A stretch of 32,000 nucleotides of DNA from Chlamydiales bacterium (GTDB lineage: Bacteria; Chlamydiota; Chlamydiia; Chlamydiales; SM23-39): assembly GCA_965261025.1 (NCBI GenBank), contig OZ253438.1:1230001-1262000 (forward strand), written 5' to 3'. Shown here one piece after another: positions 16,514-25,600 of this stretch; position 1 is the stretch's first letter, and every line of letters begins with the position of its first letter. The notes under the pieces were generated by a model, which searched no databases, had not been told where the DNA came from, and saw nothing but the letters and a program-made list of their open reading frames with translations. A program made the position numbers and the translations under genes.

Positions 16514-18009
16514 AGAAGCTCCTGACAATTTTTTTGTTCCCAGCTTTTTTTGAGACGATCAAGCTTTTTGTTAGATAGCCCTCCTAAAAACTGGATTGCC
16601 TGTAAAAAACGAGCTCTTACTCTTTCCTTTCCTAAAAGATCTACCGACTTAAAAAGAGGGGGCCCTTGTTTTTTTCCCATGATTGAGGCAAATAGAATAG
16701 GAATGATCACTTTCTTATAGTTTAACTGAAAAATTTCCGCGATTTCATGAGAAGCCTTTTCTAAGCAAGCTCCTGACCAATCCTCTTTTTCGTCCAAGAA
16801 AAAGATCGTAGCTTGGAGTAAGATAGCCGCAGCTTCGGGGGTGAGGTTTTTCGGACACAAAAGCTGAGTAGAGTAAGGAAGCTCTTTAAGGAAAAAGAAA
16901 TCACAGAGAGCCATAAAATCACTAAAAGTTTTCATCCGAGTGTGAACCAAAGGCATTAACTTTCGCATAAAAGAATCTTCAAAAGACCATTTTTTTAGCC
17001 GATCCCAAAGCGCTTCTTCAGAAAGAGAGTCTCCAATATATTTTTGGTTAATCCAGTCCAATTTTTGAAGATCAAAAAAAGCCCCTGAAGTACCAATTCT
17101 TTTCGGATCAAAAGAGTCAATAATTTCCTGAAGAGAATAAAATTCCTTTTCCTCAGGCATACTGTATCCCATAAGAGTTAAAAAATTTATTAGAGCCTCT
17201 GGCAGATAGCCACTTTTTTTAAAGTAGAAAATGGACGTAGGATTTTTCCTTTTAGAAAGTTTTTTCCCGTCAGTTCCCAAGAGAAGAGGCATATGGTAAA
17301 ATTTAGGAAGATCCCAACCAAAAAATTGGTAGAGTAAAATATGTTTGGGAGTAGAGCTCATCCATTCATCTCCTCGAATCACGTGGGTGATCTTCATGAG
17401 ATGATCATCTACTACATTAGCCAAATGATAGGTAGGAAATCCATCAGACTTTAAAAGAATTTGGTCATCAATATCAGCCCAAGGGCAGGTAATTCTTCCC
17501 TTTACTTCATCAAAATACGCACATTCCCCTTGAAGAGGAACTTTAAGACGAACTACAAAAGGCTCTTTTCGTTTTTCTCTTTCTTGAATTTCCTCTCTAG
17601 AAAGATTTCTGTATCTTCTATCATAGCCCATTCTTTTTCCTGTTTTCTTGGCAATCTCCCGCATTTCTAAGAGCTCTTGCTCGGTTGCAAAACATTTATA
17701 AGCATGCCCCTTTTCCACAAGTTCAAAAGCATATTTTTGATAAATTCCGGTTCTTTCAGATTGTCTGTAAGGACCAAAATTTCCTCCCACATCAGGTCCT
17801 TCATCCCAGGAAACTTTTCCCCAAGAAAGGGCTTCATAAATGCTTTTTTCATATTGGATGCGAGATCTTGTCTGGTCTGTATCTTCAATGCGTAAAATAA
17901 ATTTTCCTTGAAAGTGCCTGGCAAAAATGAAGTTAAATAAAGCAATATATAAGGTTCCCACATGGGGATCTCCCGTTGGGGAAGGAGCTATGCGCACACG
18001 AGGCTTCAT
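16504..18009 (-). CDS. gltX: Glutamyl-tRNA synthetase
   Basis: 501 aa. N-terminus MKPRVRIAPSPTGDPHVGT (HIGH-type), a KLSKR (KMSKS-type) motif, and the overall class I GluRS layout. Confidence 0.95.
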   Translation of the reverse strand: MKPRVRIAPSPTGDPHVGTLYIALFNFIFARHFQGKFILRIEDTDQTRSRIQYEKSIYEALSWGKVSWDEGPDVGGNFGPYRQSERTGIYQKYAFELVEKGHAYKCFATEQELLEMREIAKKTGKRMGYDRRYRNLSREEIQEREKRKEPFVVRLKVPLQGECAYFDEVKGRITCPWADIDDQILLKSDGFPTYHLANVVDDHLMKITHVIRGDEWMSSTPKHILLYQFFGWDLPKFYHMPLLLGTDGKKLSKRKNPTSIFYFKKSGYLPEALINFLTLMGYSMPEEKEFYSLQEIIDSFDPKRIGTSGAFFDLQKLDWINQKYIGDSLSEEALWDRLKKWSFEDSFMRKLMPLVHTRMKTFSDFMALCDFFFLKELPYSTQLLCPKNLTPEAAAILLQATIFFLDEKEDWSGACLEKASHEIAEIFQLNYKKVIIPILFASIMGKKQGPPLFKSVDLLGKERVRARFLQAIQFLGGLSNKKLDRLKKSWEQKNCQELLQG

Positions 18010-18053
18010 ATATCGGTTCTTCTCTTCTGACTTTGGAGCCTATTTTACTAAGC

Positions 18054-19976
18054 TCACCCTTTTTGCTGCAATTTTTCGCTTTGGTTTGAAAAGAGAAAAA
18101 TCCAGTCTTTGAGCACATTTTTACTCTCGAGCAGCTGAATATCACAGATTTCAAACGCCTTGACCCATTCGGTATCAAAGTTTTTTTTTCTTAAGTCCTC
18201 TAAAGCTTTTTGGTATAAGAGATTTTCTTTCACTCGGCTAAGGGCATTTGCTTTCAAAGCAGAAAAGATTTTTTCTGAAAGTAGAGTGGCTTTCTGGGAA
18301 ATTTTTGTGTAAAAGCCAAGCAGGGACGTCTTAGGAAGAAAAAAAGAAAGATCGGATAAGTCATCATAGAAATGAGGAGAAATAGAATCATTTTCTATAG
18401 GGTAGGGATAAAATCTTTCTCCTATATCTAAAAAAGAGAGAAGAGAAGGGACTTCAATATCAGATTTTACTCCTACCAATTGGGGGCTTTTCCCCGAGGC
18501 AGTGTAATATTTTCCTTGAGTTATCTTAAACTCTCCTTTTGGGCTAATAGAAAAGTCTTTTGTAGCGTTTAAGGTGAAACCTTGAAAAGTTCCTTTCCCG
18601 TAAGTACAGCTATCACCAATTACTAGGGCTCTTTTATAATCTTGAAGACTTTGAGCTACAATTTCTGAGGCGGAAGCAGAGGCGCGGTTTGTTAAAACAA
18701 TCAAAGGGCCATCCCAGATTTTTGGAGAAGCAAAGTTTCTTAAATGTTGAATCTTCCCTGAAGAATTTTTGATGGAGGCAATAATGCCTTTGTCTAAAAA
18801 AAGACCCGCCAAGGAAACGGCTTCATCTAAAAGCCCTCCTGCATTACTACGTAAATCTAGAATCACGCCCTTTAAAAGGTGGTTTTTTTTCAGCTCTTGC
18901 AGCTTTTTCTGAATATCTACAGAGGAAGAGCCGTGCTGATCTTTATAAAAAGAAGAAAGTCTCAAAGTAGCAATGATGCCTTCGGCAAAAGGCTCCACCT
19001 TGGTTTCCAGTCTAGCTTCTTGTAATACGATTTCTTCTCGGGTGATCAAAATATCGAGAGTTTCTGAAGCATTGTCTTTTCCTCTAAGAACCGTTAGCAA
19101 GACAGAAGTACCCTTTTTTCCCCGGATTTTTTCTGCAACATCTAGAGTGTCCAAGCCTACTACGGGCTGCTTATCTACAGCCAAAATTAGATCTGCTACT
19201 TTTAAGCCGCTTGAGCAAGCAGGACTATTTTCTAATACACGCATTACAGAAAATCCATTTAGGTTATCTCGAAAAACCGCTCCAATTCCTGAAATTTTTT
19301 GTTGTAAGTCTATCAGAAATTGCCGTGTTTCTGCAGGAGTGAAATAAAGGGAATTTGAATCTAAAGAAGAAGTTAAGGCCTTTAGAGTATGGGTGAGAAT
19401 CCATCCCGCCTTATTTTCTGAAGATAGGATTTTTTTTTCTTTTAAAGATCTCTGCTTTTCAATTCTTTGTAAAAATTTTTGTTCCGATTCAGAAGGAAGT
19501 TTTTGGGCTACTTTTATTTGGAGCGCTCTAATTTGGTGAAGTCTTTCTAAGAGCAGTTTTTCAGAAGAGCACCAAGGAAGGTCTTTTTCTAAAGAATCAG
19601 GATCATCAGGCATCTTTTCAGAAGTGATTTCCCACGAGTTTCTTCTCTTTACCGCCTTTTCAAAGGTCTCATGAATTTTCTGAAAAGCAGAAAAATCTCC
19701 CTTTTCAAAGTCCTGGACTACCTTTTCCAAAACAGCCTCAGAAGGCTCTATCCAGGAGGCGATCTCGTGATGTAAAAAATAGGTCCTAGCAGGGTCCAGT
19801 TCTTCTAAGAAATTTTTTAGGCTCCTTTTTGCTAGTTCCTTGGAAAAGACCTTGTGCTCAATATGGGCCTTTAACATTTTTTTAAAGTTTTTTTTTACCT
19901 CCCTTCCTTCCGTGAGAGGAAAAGAAGCAGATAAAAAGGAGAAGAGAAAGAAAAAAAAGAAGAAAAAACGAATCAC
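18054..19976 (-). CDS. tsp: Tail-specific (C-terminal processing) protease, S41 family with PDZ domain
   Basis: 640 aa. GTG start followed by the signal peptide MIRFFFFFFFLFSFLSASF. PDZ-like segment (GIGAVF...GLKVADLILAVD) and S41 catalytic block TNRASASASEIVA with a downstream GxxTYGKGT. Confidence 0.9.
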   Translation of the reverse strand: MIRFFFFFFFLFSFLSASFPLTEGREVKKNFKKMLKAHIEHKVFSKELAKRSLKNFLEELDPARTYFLHHEIASWIEPSEAVLEKVVQDFEKGDFSAFQKIHETFEKAVKRRNSWEITSEKMPDDPDSLEKDLPWCSSEKLLLERLHQIRALQIKVAQKLPSESEQKFLQRIEKQRSLKEKKILSSENKAGWILTHTLKALTSSLDSNSLYFTPAETRQFLIDLQQKISGIGAVFRDNLNGFSVMRVLENSPACSSGLKVADLILAVDKQPVVGLDTLDVAEKIRGKKGTSVLLTVLRGKDNASETLDILITREEIVLQEARLETKVEPFAEGIIATLRLSSFYKDQHGSSSVDIQKKLQELKKNHLLKGVILDLRSNAGGLLDEAVSLAGLFLDKGIIASIKNSSGKIQHLRNFASPKIWDGPLIVLTNRASASASEIVAQSLQDYKRALVIGDSCTYGKGTFQGFTLNATKDFSISPKGEFKITQGKYYTASGKSPQLVGVKSDIEVPSLLSFLDIGERFYPYPIENDSISPHFYDDLSDLSFFLPKTSLLGFYTKISQKATLLSEKIFSALKANALSRVKENLLYQKALEDLRKKNFDTEWVKAFEICDIQLLESKNVLKDWIFLFSNQSEKLQQKG

Positions 19977-20055
19977 GAAAAACCCCGCCTTAGGCGCCTA
20001 CCAGTGCGAATATACCCCTTTTTCGAATAGAACCCAAGGAAAAGAAATATTTTAT

Positions 20056-20078
20056 AACATGCTTATTATAAGCATGTT
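20056..20078. repeat. Perfect 23-bp palindrome (11-bp arms around a central T) in the tsp/euo divergent intergenic region; possible operator
   Basis: The sequence aacatgcttat-t-ataagcatgtt equals its own reverse complement apart from the central base. Its presence is seen directly; any function is inferred only. Confidence 0.8.
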
Positions 20079-20130
20079 GAAATTCTATTGATAAAGAAGT
20101 AAAAAATATTTTTATTTAAATTAAAAAATT

Positions 20131-20139
20131 TGCTATAAT
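20131..20139 (+). promoter_or_regulatory. Candidate extended -10 promoter element for euo
   Basis: TGCTATAAT (TGn + TATAAT) lies 114 nt upstream of the euo ATG. Only a weak -35 (tttatt, 20111-20116) is present. The SD-like GAGGG sits about 8 nt before the ATG at 20253. Confidence 0.35.
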
Positions 20140-20252
20140 ATATTTTAACTAAATTATTTTTTTTATAAAAAATATCTCTTTTGTTTAATTGTTATTTTTA
20201 GTTTAATTTATACTGTTTTTATATAGGTTAGAAAATAAAAGAGGGAAAAGCC

Positions 20253-20717
20253 ATGCAAGAAGAAAGAACAGAACAAGTTTTTGTAATTAAAGAGGAATCT
20301 CCTCAAATGGTCTCTAAAAAGGCTGTTTCTATTACAGAGGCTGCTAGGTTAAATAATGTGACTAGGCAAGCTATTTATGTTGCTATAAAGCAAAAGAAAT
20401 TAAAAGCTAGCAAAGACGATACAAGATGGACTATTCAGTTAGAAGATTTAGAAGATTATAGAAAAAACAAATACAACCGTTCGAAGTCTTTATTTGAAGG
20501 GGAGCTTCTTTTTGATAATAAAGAAGGATTTTATTCGATCAATCAGACTGCAAAAATGTTAGATGTTCCTGCTCAAAAGATCTACTATGCAACAAGAGTG
20601 GGTCAATTGAAAGCAAGAAGAAAAGGGGCTGCTTGGGTAATTCACGAGTCTGATATTCAAGAGTATAAACAGTCTTATCTTGCAAAAAGAGCAAACGAAG
20701 AATCTATCATCGGCTAA
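20253..20717 (+). CDS. euo: EUO, chlamydia-specific early-gene DNA-binding repressor of late genes
   Basis: 154 aa. Blocks SITEAARLNNVTRQAIYVAIKQKKLKA, RWTI..EDLEDYRKNKYNRSKS, GELLFDNKEGFYSINQTAKML and AAWVIHESDIQEYK match my recollection of chlamydial EUO. The position next to recJ-secDF is as in C. trachomatis CT446-448. Confidence 0.85.
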   Translation: MQEERTEQVFVIKEESPQMVSKKAVSITEAARLNNVTRQAIYVAIKQKKLKASKDDTRWTIQLEDLEDYRKNKYNRSKSLFEGELLFDNKEGFYSINQTAKMLDVPAQKIYYATRVGQLKARRKGAAWVIHESDIQEYKQSYLAKRANEESIIG

Positions 20718-20748
20718 GCTGTAATAGATGATACTTGGTTATTTTGAA

Positions 20749-20777
20749 AACCCTGAAAGAGTTCAGGGTTTTTTTTT
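20749..20777 (+). terminator. Rho-independent terminator downstream of euo (between convergent euo and recJ)
   Basis: 9-bp stem aaccctgaa / ttcagggtt with a 4-nt loop (agag), followed by a T7 run (20771-20777). Confidence 0.75.
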
Positions 20778-20796
20778 GCTTTTATAAACCCCTTTT

Positions 20797-22530
20797 TTAA
20801 GAAGAAAGCAACTGAAAATCTTTTATCTGGACTTGGATGCTTTGCTTGTTCATAAAGGCATTTACATAAGGGGTAAAAGCGATTTTTAAAGGGGTATTTT
20901 TCTTTTTTAAAAGAGGTTTTTTAGAGGCTAGATTAAAACCTATTGCTTCCAGGTTTCTCCCTTTTTGTTCCAAAAACATCTTCAAATGCGATTTTCCAAT
21001 CACTTTAGGAGGCCAGCTTTGTACTGCTTTAGTATAGAGGATAGGAGGGGGATTTTCATTACCAAAGGGTTCTAAAAGGCTTAAAGAGTCCATAAATTCG
21101 AAAGTGAGTTCCGAAAAGTCTACTTCAGCATCTAAATAAAATTTGGCAAGAAGATCTTGCTCTTTTAGGGAGCGATTTACCTCTGCCAAAAACTTTTTTT
21201 TGAAAAGAGAGAGGTTTTCTTTTTTTAACGTTAGGCCTGCTGCAAAGTCATGTCCTCCAAAATTAAGCAAAAGAGAGGCATTTTTTTTTAAAACAGGCAG
21301 TAGGGGATACTCAGAAATAGTTCTAGCGGAGCCTTTTCCTATCCCCTTTTCAAAGGCAATGATGATTGTAGGACGGTTATACTGTTTGGCTATCCTAGAG
21401 GCTAAAATGGGAATGATTCCGGGATGCCATTTATCCGAGTACAAAAGAAGGGCTTTTTCTTTTAAAAGACTGGGCTTTCTCTGAAAAAAAACCTCAATAT
21501 CCTCTGAGACTTTTTTTTCAATCTTTTGTCTTTGTAAATTATAGGCATCTAGTTCTGCACAAAGTTTCCCAGCTTCTTGCTCTTCTTTACAAAGCAGAAG
21601 AGAGACTCCTTTATTGGGATCTGCGATTCTTCCTAAACTGTTTAATCGAGGAGCCAGTTTTGAAGCAATTTCACTGGTGGTTATGCTGGAAAGATCCACA
21701 TCGCAAGAGGCGATAAGTTTTCTTAGCCCTATTCTTTTTGTAGTCTGTAACGTTTTTAATCCATAGCGGACTAAAATTCTATTTTCCCCTATCAAAGCGC
21801 CCATATCTGCCACGGTACCTAGGGCAACTAGATCTAAAAAGTCTTTCAAGTCAAGAGAGTTAGAGGAAAGCTTACCCTCTGCTATGAGATGGTTTACGAT
21901 CCCATGCACCAGCTTGAAAGCAACCCCCACTCCTGTCAGTTCTCGATTAGGATAGTTACTTTCTAAAAGTTTGGGATTTAAAGTAGCCACGCAATTAGGA
22001 ATTTTTGAAACAGGTTCATGATGGTCTGTCACAATGACATCAATGTTGTGAAAAGAAGCTTTTTCAATTTCCTTATAGGCTGTAATACCACAGTCTACTG
22101 TAATCAAAAGCTTGCACTGGTTCTTCTTTGCAAAATGCAGAGCATCATCGAGCATAGTGGTCTTAATATCTACTCTGTTAGAGAGATAAGCAAAAACCTT
22201 TGCTTGCAAAAACTGTAAAAATTCCGTTAGAAGAGCAGAGCCACTCATCCCATCCACATCATTATCTCCATAGACTAAAATGGATTCTTTATTCGAGATG
22301 GCCTGTAAAATGCGCTCTATTGCTTTAGGCATGTCTAGAAAAAGAGTAGGACTATAAAGAGAAGGAAGCTGTCCGTATAAAAACTGATGTACTTCTTCTA
22401 GCTGTACAAAACCTCTAGAAATGAGAATCTGCGCTGCTACCGGATGAATATTGAATTCTTGGATAATCATTTCTTTCCACTTGGGATCTGTCTTCGGATA
22501 AACCCAAAGGGGCTTTTTCATTCTTAGCAT
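20797..22530 (-). CDS. recJ: Single-stranded-DNA-specific exonuclease RecJ
   Basis: DHH-family motifs VYGDNDVDGMSG, TVDCG, VTDHHEP and GGHDFAAG (DHHA1). The track ORF starts at a TTG (22602). The ATGs at 22530 (MLRMKKPLW) or 22521 (MKKPLW) fit typical RecJ N-termini better. Confidence 0.9.
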   Translation of the reverse strand: MLRMKKPLWVYPKTDPKWKEMIIQEFNIHPVAAQILISRGFVQLEEVHQFLYGQLPSLYSPTLFLDMPKAIERILQAISNKESILVYGDNDVDGMSGSALLTEFLQFLQAKVFAYLSNRVDIKTTMLDDALHFAKKNQCKLLITVDCGITAYKEIEKASFHNIDVIVTDHHEPVSKIPNCVATLNPKLLESNYPNRELTGVGVAFKLVHGIVNHLIAEGKLSSNSLDLKDFLDLVALGTVADMGALIGENRILVRYGLKTLQTTKRIGLRKLIASCDVDLSSITTSEIASKLAPRLNSLGRIADPNKGVSLLLCKEEQEAGKLCAELDAYNLQRQKIEKKVSEDIEVFFQRKPSLLKEKALLLYSDKWHPGIIPILASRIAKQYNRPTIIIAFEKGIGKGSARTISEYPLLPVLKKNASLLLNFGGHDFAAGLTLKKENLSLFKKKFLAEVNRSLKEQDLLAKFYLDAEVDFSELTFEFMDSLSLLEPFGNENPPPILYTKAVQSWPPKVIGKSHLKMFLEQKGRNLEAIGFNLASKKPLLKKKNTPLKIAFTPYVNAFMNKQSIQVQIKDFQLLSS

Positions 22531-22642
22531 GATGATGCATCTTTTCGGTAAAGGAGCCGCTTCCTGTAAGCAGACCATAGCACAATAAAAGGGTTTATGC
22601 AAGAAAAGCAGTTAAAAAAATAAATTAAAATTATTTCTTTAA

Positions 22643-25600
22643 TTAGAAAGTTTTTCTTCTTTTTTGTTCAAATATTTGAAGTAGTAGAGGAGCTATAAAT
22701 AAAGAAGATAGAGTTCCCAGTACAACTCCCAAAGCCATGACTAAGGAAAAGCCAAATAAAGAAGGCCCTGCAAAACAGAGAAGAGCAAACAACACCAAGA
22801 AAGTAGTTACTGAAGTAAGTATAGTTCTATTTAAAGTAGCATTGATAGCTCGATTTACAATTTCTTTAAAGGAGCTGTTTTTACGCAACAAAAGGTCTTC
22901 TCTAATCCTATCAAAAATGATAATGGTATCGTTGATGGAATAGCCAATGATTGTCATTAAAGCAGCCACTGTATGCAGATCAAAAGAAAGAGGAAGCCCT
23001 AAAAAGGTGAGAAGAAAAACAAGAGCAAGGGTCACTAATGCATCGTGCAAAGTACATAAAAGAGCTGCTAAAGCAAAAGAAAACTCAAAACGAAATGCGA
23101 TGTATAGCATCATAGAGACAAAAGCAAGCAAAAGGCCTAAAAAAGCCTGGTTTTTCATGGAACTAGACATCTGTCCGCTCATAGAAGACCAGCTCTTGGT
23201 TAAAGAGGAAAGCCCTTTTTCAGAAAGGGCAATATTTTGCTTGTTCAATGTTTTGATTACCCAGTCGATACGGGGGTTTTTCGTGAAAGAATCTGGTGTA
23301 TCCTTTTCAACAGGCATCTGAAAAAAGGGCCTATTTTCTTCTTCCATATTTGTGCTCAAATGAACTTTTAAGTGATGAGAGGGAGTAAGCTCTCTTACCT
23401 GTACCTCCTTGGTAGAAAGCCCTGCTTCATGAAAAGCTTTTTCTACAGACTTTCTAGGAGAAAAACCAGAAGAGGGATTTAGCTCAAGTTGTAAAGAATA
23501 ACCTCCCGTAAAGTCCATGCCAAAAAGGGTACTTCTTTTTTTTCCTAATACAAAAATTCCCATTCCTACTATGGCAAGAGAGAGAGTAAGAGCTATAGGG
23601 GCTTTTTTTAGAAAGTTTACTTTAGAGGATTGAATCCAATTTGCCATCTTTAAGGTGGGTCTTTCTTTTTTTTCAGCCCAGTGGGTAAAGAAAAACCGAG
23701 TGGCAAAAAGAGCTGTGAACATAGAAGAGACGATTCCAACTACTAAAGTAAGAGCAAAGCCCTTAATAGGACCTGAGTCAAAGTTTAAAAGAATGAAAGC
23801 AGCTAAAATGGTAGTGAGATTTGAGTCTAAAATAGCAGAAAAAGCCTTTTTGTATCCGGCATGAATGGCCTGAAGAACTGTTTTTCCCAGAAACATTTCC
23901 TCTTTCATTCTTTCAAAGACCAATACGTTCGCGTCTACAGCCATTCCCACAGTCAAAACCATCCCTGCAAGGCTTGCTAGGGTGAGAGTAACCTGCAAGT
24001 GCTGAAAAATAGCCCACATGATGAGTAGATTAAAAATCACAGCAAAAGAAGCTACCCATCCAGAAAAGCGGTAGTAACTTGTCATGGCTGTTATAACAAA
24101 AACAAGAGCTAAGAAAGTAGCCCAGAGGCCCATTTTTCTCTCTTTAGCCCCTAGTTCTGGACTAATGGTTTTTTCAGAAAGTATTTTTGGGGAATACGTG
24201 AGAGAGCCTGCCTTTAAATCTGCGACCAATTGACTTATTTCTCTTGGAGTAAAAGAGCCGCTAATCATAGCACTTTCCTTTAAAGGCTGATTCAGAGTAG
24301 GAGCACACAGAACGGTATCATTCAAAATGACAGCCATTCTCCAGCCCTTTCCCTTTAGAAAATCATTTTCCGATTGATAGAGACTCTCTTTAGAAAAGGG
24401 AAGAGTCCAAGCATAGAAATTCTCTTGAGGGCTTTGTTGTCTTTTAGAGCCAGAAATTATCTCAAAGCTTAAAAAATTTCCTCTGGAAGGGTCATAAGAA
24501 GCTCTTATGTTTTTTAAGTCCTTCCCTTGTAGGGCATGATTATGGAACACAAGAAGCAAAGGGTGAAGTTGTCCTTGCCAATCTTTTGGACTTTCTCCTC
24601 TGAAAATAGCTATTTTACAAAGAGAAGTATCAAAATTCTTATTCGAAACCATTTTCGAGGGATGAGCCAATCGGAGCCCATTTTCATACAAAACCTTTGC
24701 TGCCTTAGTTCTTGGATGGGGTTTGTCAGAAAGAATAGAACCATAAAGGTGCTTATAAGCAATCTTTTGCAGAGATTCTGGGTCTTTTTTATGAGAGACA
24801 AAAGCCTCATTCCAAACTTGCTGTAGGAATTGGTTTACATAAGAAGCCAAAGAGCTGTTATGAGAGGAAAACTTTTCTTGTACTACATGAAAATCCATTG
24901 AGGAAGCTCGTAAAAGATCTGAAGCAGGAATCGTTTGAGATCCGGGAAAATCCAGTACAAGATGATTTCCCTCTCTACGAATATTTACCTCAGAGACCCC
25001 CAGCTTGTTTACTCTTTGATACAGTTCATTTCTTCCTTGAAGGAGGTCTTTTTCTTCTGTGACGGGCTTATGTTCTGAATCGACAAGTGATAAAGTAACC
25101 GTCTTTCCTCCGGAAAGATCCAGACCCCATCGCAGCACTTTTTCCTCAGATCCTCGAAAATATTTTTTGATATGTAAAACAAGATTATTCCACCAAACGG
25201 ATTTCAAAGGTTTTACCGCGCTGAAGCGAATTTTAGGATCTAAACTTGCCTGTGCATTGTGATAAGCTTCTTTTGCTTTAATTAGATCCTCTTGTTCTTG
25301 AGTTTCTATTTGGTTTTCTATGCGAATCCTTTCCTCTAGATTAGAAAGGGGTAAAAAGGCCTGTTTTCCACTACCTAAAACCAGAAAGGATTCTTGGGTG
25401 GCTTGCAAAAAGTTTTGATAAAAATTCTCTTTTTCAAAAACGAAGTCTTTTGAAGAAGCGCTTTTTCCCCAAAAGCGGCCCGGATAGCCGTGAAATCCTA
25501 ATTCACTTAAATAGTCCAGAAGGGAAGAGATATCCTGAAAAAATTCTTGGGCTGCTTCACTGGTTTTTTCAGACTCATACTTCTCTGCCATTTTTCCAAC

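Noticed and set aside
17461-18178. Several 60-100-aa ORFs overlapping gltX and the gltX/tsp junction
   Set aside because: All are nested in or antisense to gltX and tsp, which have unambiguous class I aaRS and S41 protease motifs. There is no independent support.
19946-19976. Homopolymer-rich tract encoding the FFFFFFF run in the Tsp signal peptide (possible phase-variable switch)
   Set aside because: The runs are interrupted (ttt ttc ttc ttt ttt ttc ttt on the coding strand; the longest pure run is 8 nt). A poly-Phe h-region fits the general Phe/Lys codon bias of this genome. Nothing suggests regulated slippage.
19990-20040. 'ttcgaat' resembling a tRNA T-loop in the tsp/euo gap
   Set aside because: Flanking bases cannot form a T-stem, and no acceptor or anticodon arms can be drawn on either strand. 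It is not a tRNA.
20090-20230. Extremely AT-rich block considered as a possible replication origin
   Set aside because: I found no DnaA-box-like 9-mers (TTATCCACA or its complement), and there is no dnaA/dnaN context. It is better explained as the euo promoter and leader.
22531-22602. N-terminal 24-27 residues of the recJ track ORF (MHKPFYCAMVCLQEAAPLPKRCII)
   Set aside because: The extension starts at a TTG and its sequence is unlike RecJ N-termini. The ATGs at 22530/22521 give the usual ...W...P......I..L..RG start. The true start remains uncertain.
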